Below are positions 26,983-40,552 of a DNA stretch of 64,000 nt, piece after piece. The notes below the pieces were generated by a model. It saw only the letters and a program-made list of their open reading frames with translations, was not told the origin of the DNA and did no database searches. The stretch's first letter is position 1. Each line of letters starts with the position of its first letter. The position numbers and the translations under genes are program-made. Source of the stretch: Spizellomyces punctatus DAOM BR117 (Eukaryota); NCBI GenBank assembly GCA_000182565.2, contig KQ257450.1; one strand, written 5' to 3'.

Positions 26983-27630
26983 ATGCCTTCAGGTAACCCT
27001 GCACCTGAACACACACACACAGAACAAAGGAAATGCCGTAACTGACATTGTTACCCAATTAGCACCCGACATTTATGCACAGAAAACAACCGTCGTCGCA
27101 ACAGCGCATGACGTGCAAGCCACCAATGTGATTATCGCCGCAAGTGTAAACGAGGAGCCAAAGACAGTTGTATCGACGGACGCTGCGAATTTATCAGAGA
27201 TTACTATGGTGGGTTGTCTTTTTTATGCGTGTTGTGGAATGGGGAATGTAATGTACATTTTTGGGACTTTTTAGGCGACAATGTTGGGTGCAAGTGCAGG
27301 CTTTGCAACCAAAAAGATGGCAAAAACGGGGGGTTTGGTCATCGGGATTGGGTTTATGGGAATACAAGTACGTACCTTATCACCCTCTTCCCAAACAGAA
27401 ACATATTAAAGCTATTGTTAAAGGCCCTCGTACATGCCGATATCCTCAAAGTCAACTGGCCCCGCGTAGAATCCCTTCTTATCGGTAAAATCGACCAAGA
27501 CGGGGACGGAAAATTCACGCATAAAGATATTCAGATTGGTGCTACGAGGATGTTACGGAATCTTACGACGGATTTACCGTCTAGTGCGGGGTTTGCTGCG
27601 GCTTTTGCGGTTGGGTTTCGGTATGGGTGA
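26983..27630 (+). CDS. FUN14: FUN14-family mitochondrial outer membrane protein; multi-exon
   Basis: LGASAGFATKKMAKTGGLVIGIGFMGIQ|ALVHADILKVNW...LPSSAGFAAAFAVGFRYG. Confidence 0.88.
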
Positions 27631-28155
27631 TTGTTGGAATGTTTGTTTTTTTGGATGGGGTAAAAGTTCGATTAGGGTTTGAACAAGCGTGGATTTTTGG
27701 AACAATGAATAGAAGGAGTGTTGTGAGATTTATTTTCTTAACGATGCGGGTGATGGAATAGATGGTAGGGATGTTGTGTCATGTACTCTGTAGCTCATAC
27801 AATAGAAAATCAGATGAGATTTACTAGTGTCACTGATGGGCTTTCGATGCATTGTCTCTACTACCAAGGGATGCCACCATCAGCCAGGCGGATCATCGGT
27901 CGTTATCGGCAAAAACTCAAATCATCCCGAGAATGGACACACACATCTTGGGGTTTAGGAATGTGGCATTTAGTAAAGTAGCCAGGCTATGAGTGACAAG
28001 AGCCGCATCTTTTGTTTTGTTGCACGCCATGATGATTTTGAAAAAAATATCGTATACACTCTATCAATCCTAGCCTTCCACCATAACACCCATTCCACAA
28101 CACACACACAATAGCCATTCCCATAGATTTCATAGAAAAAGCAAAACCGTACGTA

Positions 28156-28781
28156 CTACCGCATAATAATTTCAATCTACAAAAAAATAAACGAAAACCA
28201 TTATAACAAAACATTAATACCCAACCCAAAATATCAACATACATGTAATAACCCTGTTCGCTTCGGATCCTACAAAAAAAAAACATCAGAATCAACAAAA
28301 AACATGGCATCAAAAAACATACGAAAAACGTAAAAACACTAACCACAATCGTCACACCAACAGGCTCATAAACCCTCGTATTCTCATCCTGGATAAACGC
28401 CGCCAATTTCTTGAACGCCTACAAAAACGAAAAACAAATAGTTTCAAATGCCAACATAACCAATATACGAATTCGCATTTCCAAAGTACATACCATCCGA
28501 TACCGCCCATTAGGAAAAAAACTCTCCAAACACCACCCAGTAAGACAACTCCCAACCGTAAAACACACTTGCGAAATTGTTAGTCTATCCGCATCAAGCA
28601 AGATTGTATTTATTGTTTGGATTGTTTTTTCAAATGTTGCTGGTTGGATTCTTGTTGCCAGTTCGGAGGGACATGTTGTGTTGAATTGTGGTGTGTCGCT
28701 GTGCGTGTAGGTTCGGGAAATGTGGAGGGTTGTTGTTGGGGGGGTTTGGTGGAGGGTGTATGGGGGGTAGGCTTCGGGCAT
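28156..28781 (-). CDS. Erf4/Golgin-A7 family palmitoyltransferase accessory subunit; multi-exon
   Basis: HISRTY...PQFNTTCPSELATRI...FEKTIQTINTIL...GSCLTG...FIQDENTRVYEPVGV...DPKRTGLL|IEI. Confidence 0.8.
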
Positions 28782-29096
28782 CTTTGTTGTTGTTATGGGT
28801 GCATGGATGGAAATGTCAAAAGTGTGTAAGTGCTTTGGGGCTTACGTTGGGTTGAGGTGTGGGTCACGTGGAATGGGCAACATGGCAAAAGCCGATACGA
28901 GATGCATATGGTATTTTCATGGGCTAAACCGTTGGGTTTTTTGCAATGATGCGTTCAAGACACGATTTGCAATGCAAGTCGAAGCATTTGAAAAGGGAAA
29001 ACCAATACGATGGACGGACGCAGCCAAAAACTTTTTTATTTACAAAGAAGGACCCAACAATGTTGAAAAAAGCAAGTTATGCTATCACAACTCGAT

Positions 29097-29602
29097 TTAA
29101 AGCACTCGAGGACCCTACACAAAAAAAACAAAACACTCACATCAATAAAACAACACCAAAAAACCATCACAAGAAATCAAAACACACACACCTTCAAATG
29201 CGACTCTGCCCGTTCTGCTTTCTGCACATCCCCTTTATGCAAAGCCCCCTCAGCCTTTAAGCGATGCCCAGTCTGCGTACCGGGCATCGAATGTCCCAAT
29301 GCGCGTTCAGCTTCACCTTCAAGATACGACCCAGTCGTCACACTCGAATGCACACCATGGTCCATGTGGGATTCAGCTTTTTCGGCTTTAACTTCGTTTC
29401 CTTTTTTACGGGCTCCATCGGCTTTGAGTTGGTGGCCCAAGTCTGTGCCGGGGAGCATGTGTCCCATCGTGCGTTCGACTGTGCCTGCGATCCGCTCGCC
29501 CGTGGTTGGGAGGTGTCCGCCTGGAGCGACACCTGCTGCTCCGGGTGCTCCGGTTCCGGCTGTGGTGTTGTACCCAGGAGTGTTGTAAGCTTGCGAAGAC
29601 AT
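29097..29602 (-). CDS. Small G/H/T-rich hydrophilin-like protein with an internal duplication
   Basis: Two similar units, GERIAGTVERTMGHMLPGTDLGHQLKADGARKKG and GSYLEGEAERALGHSMPGTQTGHRLKAEGALHKG; TATA-like element near 29700. Confidence 0.65.
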
Positions 29603-30212
29603 TTGTGTTTTTTAATAAAAGTAGAGTATTTGAAATTCCCGCTTGTTTTAATTTCTCTCAAGACTGTTAAGCAGGGGGCAATTTCGTCTTCCTCTGCCCT
29701 TTTTTATATCTCCCCTCCACTTGTCGCATTCCGCGCCTTCCACATTACAAAATACAAAAAATGACATAACATCCCACTTTATAACATGCCCATGACGACA
29801 TAAAAGGGACCAACAAAATATTTGGGCGTCATTACTTGGCATCCTCTTGCAAACAAAGAAGGCTTGAAAATAGAAAAAGAAAAGTTCCATTTCAAAGATA
29901 TGTCACGCTGTCCCGTTTCCCTTTTCACACCCCGCCCGTCCTTGGATAAGCCACAGTTGATTATGTAATAGTGATGATGTCATGAGTCGCTTGAAGGCAG
30001 TAGGGCCAAGTCCAAATGGGGCATTGTATTGCATGCAATGACGGATTTCCAGAGTGAGGTTTTTATAGATGTCAAATGACAGTGCAAGCATTAAAGCATT
30101 GAAAAAGAATATCAATGATACATTTAGTATTTCAACGATCCAAAATGTAAAAAAAAAAATCCAAAAAAGTAAAAAGCACACAGATAAAAAAAAATATAAG
30201 CATCCATCCAAT

Positions 30213-33052
30213 CTACCCACCAACACCCACAAACTCCCCATACAAATGCCCAACAACAATCGGAACACAAGAGACAACCAACGGCCCCAAAACCAATCCC
30301 AAGGGAAACCCAAACTGGTAATACCCAAGCCAAAACGCTAAACCCGTCAACAACAAATTCGGACCTGTACTCGACACATGATGAGAATCAACAAGATGCC
30401 CCATCTCTTCCTCCAATATCGCAGGATCAATCACCCACGCTACAATCAAGTGGACCATCAAGAGTCCCCCACCTTCCACTACACCCCACCACCCACTCAT
30501 ACGCGTCCATAGGCGGATCGCGGCTGGAATGGCGAAATAGTACGAGGGGACAATGGGGATGAGTGTTGCGAGGCCTGTAATGAATGTAGGGATATAAACG
30601 AGGTCGAGGTGGGTGATGGAGTGGGTGAGGTAGGTAGAGAGCATATGGTAGAGCGTGAGTTTGAGGTTCACGATCAGAGCGGATTGAACGGCATGTTCAA
30701 GAGCGTGCCTGTTTTTTGATTTCCTTCATCAGTATTTTCTTTTTCCAAATAATGTTTGTCAAAATACAAAACATACCGCAACTTTTGTTTCGGATCCACC
30801 AACCCAATCACCCGCCCCGCATGTCCAACCACCCCAACATGCCCCGCAACAAAAGCATACAAACTCGCCAAAAACAAAATCCACTGAAAGAGGACATCAA
30901 ATGCATATGTGACGCCCACAACAAAGAGGACCACCAATGCTACCGCCGCTCCACCCAGGAATTGAGCGGTACGCGCCGCAAATGTCCCCAAAGATGCCGG
31001 CATAGCATTTGCATTCGACAATGTATTCGCATCTTTATCTAATAGTCGGAGAACTGTGTCGAGGAGGTTGAGACCGTGGGATCGGAGTTCGTCGGTTGCG
31101 GGGGGAAGCTGGTCCGCCAAGGACGTCAAATTAAAATTTCCGCGGAAAACTTGGAGTAAAAGGTCCCCCGTCTGTGGTAACATGTCAAAAATACCACGTT
31201 CGGCAGGTGTCGTCCTCGTGGGTGTCGGTCTAGGTTTTTTTTTTCCATCTACAACAGCGTCCGTATCCTTCCTCACCAATGCCAAGTAGTCTATACTCTT
31301 GTGGATCATATCGAATAACTCTTGGGCGGTTAGGTCAGATGGGTTGGCGCTGCTCTTATCGCGTTCCAAATAGGCCACGGTTCGAGCTTCGAGATCAGAG
31401 ACGAAGCGGAGGGCTTGCTCCCGTAGTTCGTCGTTGGCGAGAACAGAGCGGTTGACGAAGCGGATCGTGTCGTCTATGATGAGACCTGTTTCCTGTCCGA
31501 CCTGGAAAGAAAGGAATTTTAACACCTTCATCATAGAAGAACGAGTGCAATAAAATGCACGTACCTTGAACAAGAGAAACCCACCCCCACCGAATGCAGC
31601 CACCAGCGTTGAAATAATCAACAGTCCAGATAATAACCCATTCAAGTTCCTTCGTAACCACCGCTTGCTTCCCACCCGACATTTTTGATAACACCATCCC
31701 AACCCCCACTGTATGCTCCCAATAGCCTGACGGCACAATCCCGTTTGTACAATCCCCGTCGTATCCCGAACCTTTTTCTGCTCTCGGTCATTCACAACGA
31801 CATACCGACGATAAGCCCCTAACCCAACATGCCACACAAAATAACAAACACCCCCACACACAACACCCATCCCAATCGCCGAAAACGCTTTCAAACTCGC
31901 CTCCCATCTCTCAACAACAAATCGAAATAAAGCGTACCGAACCACCCATAAAAACAAAACTTGGAGGTACTGCCCCTTGGGCGCTGTCGTGAACCCCGGT
32001 GTACGAATCCCGAGTGCAGCTGGTAATGACTGTGAAAAAGATCGTTTCCGGGATACCGCTCTCGTACTATCGGGTCTACGAAACGAGACGGGGTGTCGGA
32101 GGGTGGCATGTGGTCGTTGCAAGGGTACATCCTCATCGCTCGCTTCCGATTCCAAGAGAATCATACTGGAGAGTTCGCGTGAGAATTTTTGGAGAGGTTC
32201 CAAAATGGGTTCGTCGCCGGATGTCGTTGACGATGGTGAGGTATCTACCCCATTCCATCGGGTATGGATATCACTTTCGGAAACAGATCGAAAACGCATT
32301 CCTTTCCGTCCTTTTCGACGGCGCACGGTCGTGTGTTTTCGACCCCTTAAAGACTCGTGCTCGGTTTTGGAAAGCGAGGGTGAAGGTTCTGTAGGCTTGG
32401 GCTTTTCTCTTTGCTTACGATTATGTGGTGTCGATATACGGTGGATGAGACGGATACAAACGGTAAACATGGCGGAAAGGAGGTGCCAGAATATACCTAG
32501 AATCATCTAACCCAAAGTCCATGAGCCTTTTTCTGTTACATATATAACTTGTGTGGACGTTACCTTGGTTGGCACTCCTACCATCCACCAAACCACATTC
32601 CTCCATCCCAACCCAGAGCCCGTCGTCCCACCCTCTTGATCATCCTTTAAAAACACTTGCATCCGTTCTGTTAGCGAGACTTTGATCCCATGCAACGGCA
32701 CCGAAAGAACAGCAGCATAAAAAAACGGATTAAAGTACGGTCGAATCAACACTATAAGAAACACAACATTAACCTTAAATAATGATGGTTCCTTCCGACT
32801 CGCCCACAAAACTTACCATAATTCAAATAAACAAGTCCCAAAGCCCCCAACCCCAAGCACCACACCGTAAACCCAATCACCGCTTCCCTCGTCCTTGTCA
32901 TCACCCATTGCCGACCCTCTCTGTCATCTACATCCAAAAAACCCCCAGTCAACACTTGAATGCACAAAACTCGACGACATCGTTTCCATACCATGCGTGA
33001 CGCCACCGACGAGGGACTTTTCGGAATTGGGAACGGGATAGTGAGGAGGCAT
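30213..33052 (-). CDS. TMEM245-like polytopic membrane protein; multi-exon
   Basis: N-terminal LIRPYFNPFFYAAVLSVPLH; C-terminal VYIPT...LATLIP...AIPAA...LTGLAFWLGYYQFG..GLVLGPL resembles TMEM245. Confidence 0.7.
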
Positions 33053-33878
33053 GTATGTATATCGGTAACATAGAAACGTTTCGTTTGGAACTAGGTGGTA
33101 TAACGGGTTGGAGCGAGTAAATGCTCCTTTTTGCTTGCTTTTTCGTTGGAATGCGACGACGAGTGTGGAAAGGTCGGGGATCAAGATGACATATGCCAGG
33201 AAACAAACGCGTTCGATCAGATGAATGTCTGGCAAGCGATGCTCAACGGGTTTATGGAAGGGTTAAAAGTCAAAGCAGCCAGAAGAGAGGGATGCAATTG
33301 TAAAGGTTAAGAAAGGAGCAGGCACTGGGCTACTGAATCGTCATGCCTGTAAGATATCTTGTTCGGGTCCGCCAATGTCTACTGCAAATGAGATGGAATA
33401 TCGATAGGCAAATGTCAGTTGAACTGCAGCCCCACGAGCCGTATACAAGAACCAGCACTCTCTCGAGTGATTTGGTGGATGGTACGTGCAATAACGGTGG
33501 ATATCACCGCAGGAAAAAGGGCTGGTTCTTGTGTTTTCAAACTATTTCACCTGGTAAATGGTGGATTGCTTCCCTTGCAGCAATGTCGGGGCATATGAGC
33601 AGCTACTTTCTCGATACTAGACGTCTATCCAGCAAAGCTATAGACACTTCATGATGGATGGCTTTATGCGCTAACCTCGTCCATCACGGTTCTCGAATAC
33701 AAAGGACATTATCAAGGACTATGAATGTTCAAACTATATGTGCATTCTCTGGATATATTCGTTGTCGACCCTACGCCAACTGCATAAAGACGGCCAAACC
33801 AGACAAACAAGTAACACTACTTTTAGGACTAGACTTAAGGCGGTATAACATCAAGTATGCCCCAAATGGGTAACCCCA

Positions 33879-35292
33879 TCAAGGCATCATCTTCCCCTTC
33901 ACTGCAAACGACTGTCTTCGATCACTAATGGGTGCAGATCTCATGACTGACTCTTGCGGCGTTGCATCCTTTTCTACCGTTTTGCCCATCGGCCAGCAAC
34001 CCAGGAAATCCTTTGCGCAACGCGCCCATCGGTTATCGAGGACAATAAAAAGAACAGGGTTGAAAGCTGAGCTGTTTTTGAGGGTGGTATTAGCATGTGT
34101 GGTGGTGAGTACAACAAGTGTTTGCAAACAACTTACTTTACTATCGCACCCAAGAAGGCTAGACAATCTAATAGCATGGGGACTTGGACACTGCCAATCA
34201 TGGACCAAAGGAAATTGATATCGTAAAGCAACCAGTTGAACGCAAAGACCAGTACGAGGATTAAACTCTTCTTAGCGAGTTTAGCTTCTAATGCATCCAT
34301 TTTTCGTGTGGATGCTGAATTGGGTCGTGTGGAATCGACCACTGGTGGACTAGACATTGATGACGACTCTTCTCCAGTACCTGCTTGGACGTGGGCCCAT
34401 TTCTTGCTGGCCAAGCGGACTTCTCGGTTAATGAAATAGTATGCGACGCCAAACGCTCCAAGGGCGATAGTGACGGTCGCGAGACACATGACGGTGAAAA
34501 AGATGGTCCCTGGCCTTTTACCGGACCAGTCACCAGTCTGTAAAAAACATGTTAGTCAGGCAGTTGGGTAAAAAGGAAAATAGCCCAAATACCTACACAA
34601 TACCTGTCATTAAACACAAAAGATATTAGCATATTGTGGACAACGTGCCATGAACCAGTCTATACTCACAGAAATGAACTTTGCAATCGATACGCATCCC
34701 CTTTCACCATGTACGGTATCGCGCACAGCACCCCACTATATATCCATGTTGCGGCCACGGCCATCATCGCTTGTCTCATTGTCAAAGGCCGGCGCTTAAC
34801 GACTGCCATGTACCGTTCCATGCCGAGGGCCGTGAGACCTAGGAGGGATTGAGACTGGGAGATGGTGAGTCGGTTGTAATGAACGTTTGTGAATGGAACA
34901 TATACCGTACCGAAAACATTACAGTAAAATTCCCATCCAACTACCAAACCAAAAAGCCCATTGTTTAGTTCATGCGCACACATCCCCCAACGAACGATGC
35001 AAAACACAACACTTACAACACATCCAAGCTTGCCTGTGGCATATCCCCCCTTCGACAAGTGAATCGATATCAAACTAAGTCTCTGGACCCCAATACACAA
35101 ATCTGTAAAAGACAAACTAAAGACCAAGGCATTTGCGGCGTTTCGGAGGTATCTGTATCTTGCAAACAGGATAAGAATAAACAGGTTTCCTGCGATGATG
35201 GCTACGGTGATGATGACGAGGACAATGGCGGTGCCGTATGCGAGAGGGGGAAACGGGATCGTTTGTGAAAGGTCGAGGTCGCGGGCTTCCAT
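33879..35292 (-). CDS. Class A (rhodopsin-like) 7TM GPCR, opsin-related; multi-exon
   Basis: TM1 GN, TM2 SLSFTD, Cys at the TM3 start, ERY motif, TM4 W, ECL2 Cys, TM6 FAFNWLLY, TM7 NSAFNPVLF. Confidence 0.88.
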
Positions 35293-37508
35293 TTGGTGAA
35301 AAACTCTATTATGTACTCTAGATCGGTTTTGTCAAAAGAAGGAAATCGTCCTTTTGGTTTTCTTTTTTTTTTCCGTAATATTCTTCCTTTTTGGAGATGA
35401 TTTATTCAGAACTGCTGGTGCACTGGGGTACGGCACCAAACACACATTTTGTTAAATAAGCGTTTCTCCTTCCTTCCATGTTGTCCCCTCCGGCCCGCCC
35501 GCCTCCAACAAATACCCTAAACCCTAGGCACAATGACCCAAGAATAGTCGAAAGATTATCATCAGTAACTCACCTTGACCCCGGCTCACGTTCTGAAAAA
35601 AGGCGGCATATGCATTGCCACAGCGGAGGGTTGCCCCTTCCGGTACCGAACTAAAGAAAGCAAAACATTCGTAGAATGGGTTATTTTTATAACTGGCAGG
35701 AATGTGGTATTTGTTGTTTTAATGTGTGTCCCATTATGAGGCCCGCAATGCCCTAGCAATACGGAGAGTCAAATCCTTCTAGGTGAATCTCGCCCCTCAT
35801 CGTATTGCCACCATTTTGCAGGTAATTAATCGAGGGATTTTGGGGACCCCCATTTTCAGTTGCCATCATTGCTCTTCCTTGGCAAGGGGTTTAACTATTC
35901 CGAGAGCACAATGGCTCGCATGACAGACACACGATGATAAGGGTTATGTGCTTTCGGGGGCCACCATCCTGATGAATTCAAATATCCGCAATTGTTATCC
36001 CTTCACCGAAACGCTATGCTACCAAGTAATGGTAAGCATGTCATTCCACGCCAGTTTCCTAGAGCTGTTAACAAGTAGAAACCACGCTGGCGTGTTTACA
36101 TGTAGATAACTTGAACCTAATGCACTTCCCTTTAACTGCACACAATTTTACATTCAACTACCCTGCTTTTATCGGAGGTCTGCATAATGTGACGATGTCA
36201 ACAATACCATATGTTTGGACAATCGCCAGACCCCAAGGCCACGGCTTGGTATGGAAGCCACATCTGGGCCTATCGCTAACGTATCTTACTAGATGAGCTC
36301 ATGGCTGATCCTTGAAGTGCCAAAAGTGTGTAAAGTCATTTACCGTAGCGTGAAACCCCCCTAAATGCCACACTATCCAAAAATAACAAGCGTCGGTCTT
36401 ACCGCCCATGTATTACACATGATGGATGGGACGAGGGTTCCCGCTCTATCCATAACCATATACCCTACAATCTCAACGTCACCAATGTCTCTGACTTAGG
36501 ACAGTGGCCAGCCAAGCTTTAACAGTTACCCACAAGAGTCTACATCCCTCATCCTGACAAGGCCAACACTTTGTTCTGCATGCAACTAAACAGCCACAGC
36601 CACTTTACCTAGGCATCTAACGAAAAAGTGCATACGGTGGAGTTTATCAGATTGGATTTTTCGTCCTGTTGATGCATCAGATGCGTTGCTATGTTTTCAA
36701 ATGGACAGAGGTTATGCATCCTTTGGTCCTTACCGGTTGATCACGCAAACAGCGTTACTCCTAGGCAGCAGGTATCTGGCCACTTTGGGGATGAAGCAAA
36801 AAATGGGGATCTTGGTCCTTTCTCGTAGGATGTCTCTACTGAAACCTGTGCCCAAAACGTCCCCAACAACATGCCTTAAGTGTTGAAAAAATCATTGATC
36901 GTTTTATAGACCATGTAACCTCTTGCCAGCCTAGTTTAATCAGAACATATCTGTAATGAGACGATGGTGTCCACACTGACGGTCCGAACAATATTCTCAC
37001 AGCTCGACTCCAAAAAAAAATAGCAGGTGCGTACATGGCCTCGCCCATAAACTACTCTGCTTTCACCCAAACGGCACAGCTTTCGTTGGTACGGAATGCC
37101 AACTCCACCAAACCCCCATTGCTCTATGAGGATATCATGAGGGTTACATGGAGAGTTTGTTGAGGGTACGAACGGTGGGTGATAGGGTCGTCGAGACTGA
37201 ATATTGCAGTGAGGGTTTTTACCATGACATCAAATGTGAAGGATCACAATGTGGGGATCAGTTTATTTGAATATCCTATTCTCATCCCTTGAGCAGCGTC
37301 AGATGCCTGCACCCAGGAAAGACATTTGTGTATGCATCAAGTGTCGTTCATGTACTTCCATCCCGGGAATGGGTGTTGTTCGAATGGATACATTCTTGGA
37401 ATATAACATCTGCATGCGAGCTCAGAATAAGAATCCCTTGGGGTCGGTATGAGTTATTAGAGGTCCAGCCAATACTGCATACACCATCCACATATTGGAC
37501 ACAGCCTG

Positions 37509-38264
37509 TCACTCTACTTTCCCATCCACAAATTCCACAACGACTCGTCCCAAACCCCATCTACCGTCCTCCCACACTCTCCCCCCTTTTGAATATGCTA
37601 ATTTATAAATATCGGTCTTGAGACGTCTGTTTGCGCGAATATGGAGAACGAGACCGACGGTTGCGCCGAGGAGGGTCGCCAAGACTGTAAAGGCTGCTAG
37701 AAGGGGGACGCTAAATGTACGGATCAGAATGATGAATTGGGACAGGAAGGAAAACGAGCAGGGAAAGACGTACCCAACCACTCCCACACTCGAACATCCA
37801 TGACTCCGTCCTTCTTTTAAATCCTTATTCCATTTGTAGCATTCACCCACAGCATACTCCCTATCGACTCTACATTTCTCACGCTCCGCATCCTCCCTTT
37901 TCACGCACTCGGTATATGCTTTAGCACGCTCATCCAAACACTCGTACACCATTCCACAATCTCGCTGAAGTATACCGGTACAGCCTGGTCCGTCGCAGGT
38001 CGTTTCGTAGATACTGCAGTTTTGGGGACCGGTGGTCGTGGGAGGGAGGTAGGTTGTTGGACAGTTTGGCTGCGTGGGTCCCAGGTGACCGGTTGTGTGA
38101 AGGACAGAGAGGACGAGGGCGAGGACGAGGAAAAATATGGCGGGTAGGAGAAGGATGGATTTCGGCTGGATGTGCGGTGTGATCGAGGGTGAGAGCTGTG
38201 GTCGTATGTGTGTTTTAGTGCACTGTGCTCCAGATATGCCAGATATGGTGCAAGGCCCCTTCAT
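37509..38264 (-). CDS. Hypothetical two-TM protein with Cys-rich extracellular loop
   Basis: Two hydrophobic stretches flanking about 10 Cys; probable intron near 37710-37770. Confidence 0.5.
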   Translation of the reverse strand: MKGPCTISGISGAQCTKTHIRPQLSPSITPHIQPKSILLLPAIFFLVLALVLSVLHTTGHLGPTQPNCPTTYLPPTTTGPQNCSIYETTCDGPGCTGILQRDCGMVYECLDERAKAYTECVKREDAEREKCRVDREYAVGECYKWNKDLKEGRSHGCSSVGVVGYVFPCSFSFLSQFIILIRTFSVPLLAAFTVLATLLGATVGLVLHIRANRRLKTDIYKLAYSKGGRVWEDGRWGLGRVVVEFVDGKVE

Positions 38265-39381
38265 ACCTTGGTTCCTTTCTCCACAATCACACTTCCATGA
38301 TGAAACCAGCGTCGATGGAATACGTATCGCATCGTATACATTTTATGAGGTTTTTATCTTGTTTTACTGACGATAATGCAGTGGGGAGGGCAGTGAGCAG
38401 AAAAAGAAAAAAGCCCATAGCATAGCTTGTACATGCCGTCTAACCAAAAATTGTGGGTAGTTTTTACAACGCGTTTTGAACACTTTTTGGCAGCTGAACA
38501 CTTTTGGCATTTCTTTACTTTTTGAAAACCACCAGAAACCCCCTGCAGGACAAAAGATGAATATGGAATGGGCCAGGTTGGAGCTCACCATCCTTTTCAG
38601 CATCCAATCTTGTCCTATGACACTCTTTGTAGATTCTATGCCCGGATGGAACACCCATAACATTGCACACCCCATCCAACGACACTGCAATGCCTTCTAG
38701 TCGTGATGTCTTCCCATGAAAAGACTATCTCGCTAACCGTCGATTTGATTACCATGTTCATCAGAAGCAGCCTGATGATTCTTGATGGAGATCAGCGTGG
38801 TTTCCGTCATAAATGATAGCTTGGAAGTTGAAAGTTTTCATTATTTCCGACCACAATCATTGCATTTCTATAAGCGTAGAGAAGCTGGCTTCAGACCATA
38901 AAGTGGCATACCCTGGCCAGACGCACTTGACCACCTGTTCAAGTCGCCCCCAACATTGCTTTTGAGTTCACAGCCGCTTCTTTAGCGATTTGCCTTTAGC
39001 AATTGCCCCTGTTGCCTTTCCTTCTCCTTTGTCTTGGGGCAAATGCAAGTGCATCTATTAATGACTAATGGATCGGGCAGTTACCGTCCTTCACATGTTG
39101 AAGAGCTGAGCACCGTCGAATCTTGTTTACATATTAATATAGCAATGGCCGAGCGGTCAACTTTATAGGATGTTTCTGCTATCCTCGAGGATATATGTAT
39201 CAGTTGTTTACTGAACCTGTTCTTTACATTTTGGTATTCATGTCGTCCATCAGCAATTTGGATAGCAACCGCGGGTAGCAACAGTATGACGCAACCTTGC
39301 GCTTCGCACTGATGACACATCCATGCATCGCTCGGCGGACTTGCCAGCGCTCACTGAACACTCGGTCCCATCTGCTGCACA

Positions 39382-40552
39382 ATGTGTGTGATATTCTTCA
39401 CTTTGGGACATCCAAAGTACAAGCTGTAAGTCTTCCTGCAAGATCGTTCTCTACTGTAGGGCTCTCGTCTGACCAAATATCCCTACTAGCATAATAGCAG
39501 GCAACCGAGACGAGTTTATTGACCGTGTAGCCCAACGTGCGCACTTCTGGTCCGAAATAGGCGCGCCCAATGTCCTCGCCGGAACCGATCAAGGCAAAAT
39601 CCATGTGGGAGTTCCATTGGTTCAATCACCTGACCCTGATGCAGACAAAGTGGGAAAGGTACTAGAGTATTCAGGTGCCAAATACGAAAGGGAAACCATT
39701 ACGAAAGCGACTCCCCAAGTTGCCGCGGAGACGTCGGGCGTTGATCAATCGGATGAAACGAATATAAATAGTAGTTCTGAAGCGCTACCACTTTCCTCCC
39801 CAGACCCATCTAGCGCTCCGCTTCAAACACATGGCACCTGGATGGGTATAAACAAAGCCACTGGACATCTTGGATTCATTACAAATTTTCGGGAACACCC
39901 TTCGCTAGTTAATCCAACTGCTCTAACCAGAGGTTATCTCGTTCGCGATTTCCTTCTTTCATGCGCGGATCCACAGACGTATGCGGAAACAGTAGCCTCA
40001 CAGCAATATCGATACAATGGCTTCAATCTCGTTCTTGGCGCCGTCAATCCAGGAGGGAATGAAGATGTGGTCGGGTGGTATTGTGGAAATAGGGGTCCTG
40101 TGCGGGATGAACCTCCCACATTGTTGAAAAAGGGTGTTATATACGGCATGTCAAACGGTGTGTTGATGGAAAAACGATCAGATTGGCCAAAAGTTGAGAG
40201 GGGGAAAGAGTTACTTGAGCATCTGCTGTCAAATCCGCCGGATGACCACGAAACTCTGATAAACAGTCTTCTTGATGTGCTCCGAGATAAAACCACCTAC
40301 CCCGACTCTGACCTCCCTTCTAACATGTTCAACTACGATTTAGAAAGATCACTATGTCCCATTTGTATTGACAGACACCGGGCGAAAGGGGGGTATGGAA
40401 CACGCACACATACCGTGCTGCTGGTGGATAACGAAAATCGAGGGCGTTTTGTAGAAGTAGATAGGTATCGGCTAGTTGATGGATCATCGGGTAAAAAGGA
40501 GGTGGAAGAAAAAGATGATAGGGTTGATTTTAGCTTCATACTTGGCTCTTAG
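39382..40552 (+). CDS. TANGO2: TANGO2/NRDE (DUF833) family protein; two exons
   Basis: MCVIFF...KL|IIAGNRDEFIDR, GTWMGINK..G....ITNFRE, RGYLVRDFL, YNGFNL, YGMSN, WPKV, YGTRTHTVLLV. Confidence 0.92.

Noticed and set aside
35300-37500. 2-kb ORF-poor stretch upstream of the GPCR as an ncRNA or transposon relic
   Set aside because: No tRNA/rRNA motif, repeats or transposase fragments recognised; probably regulatory intergenic DNA
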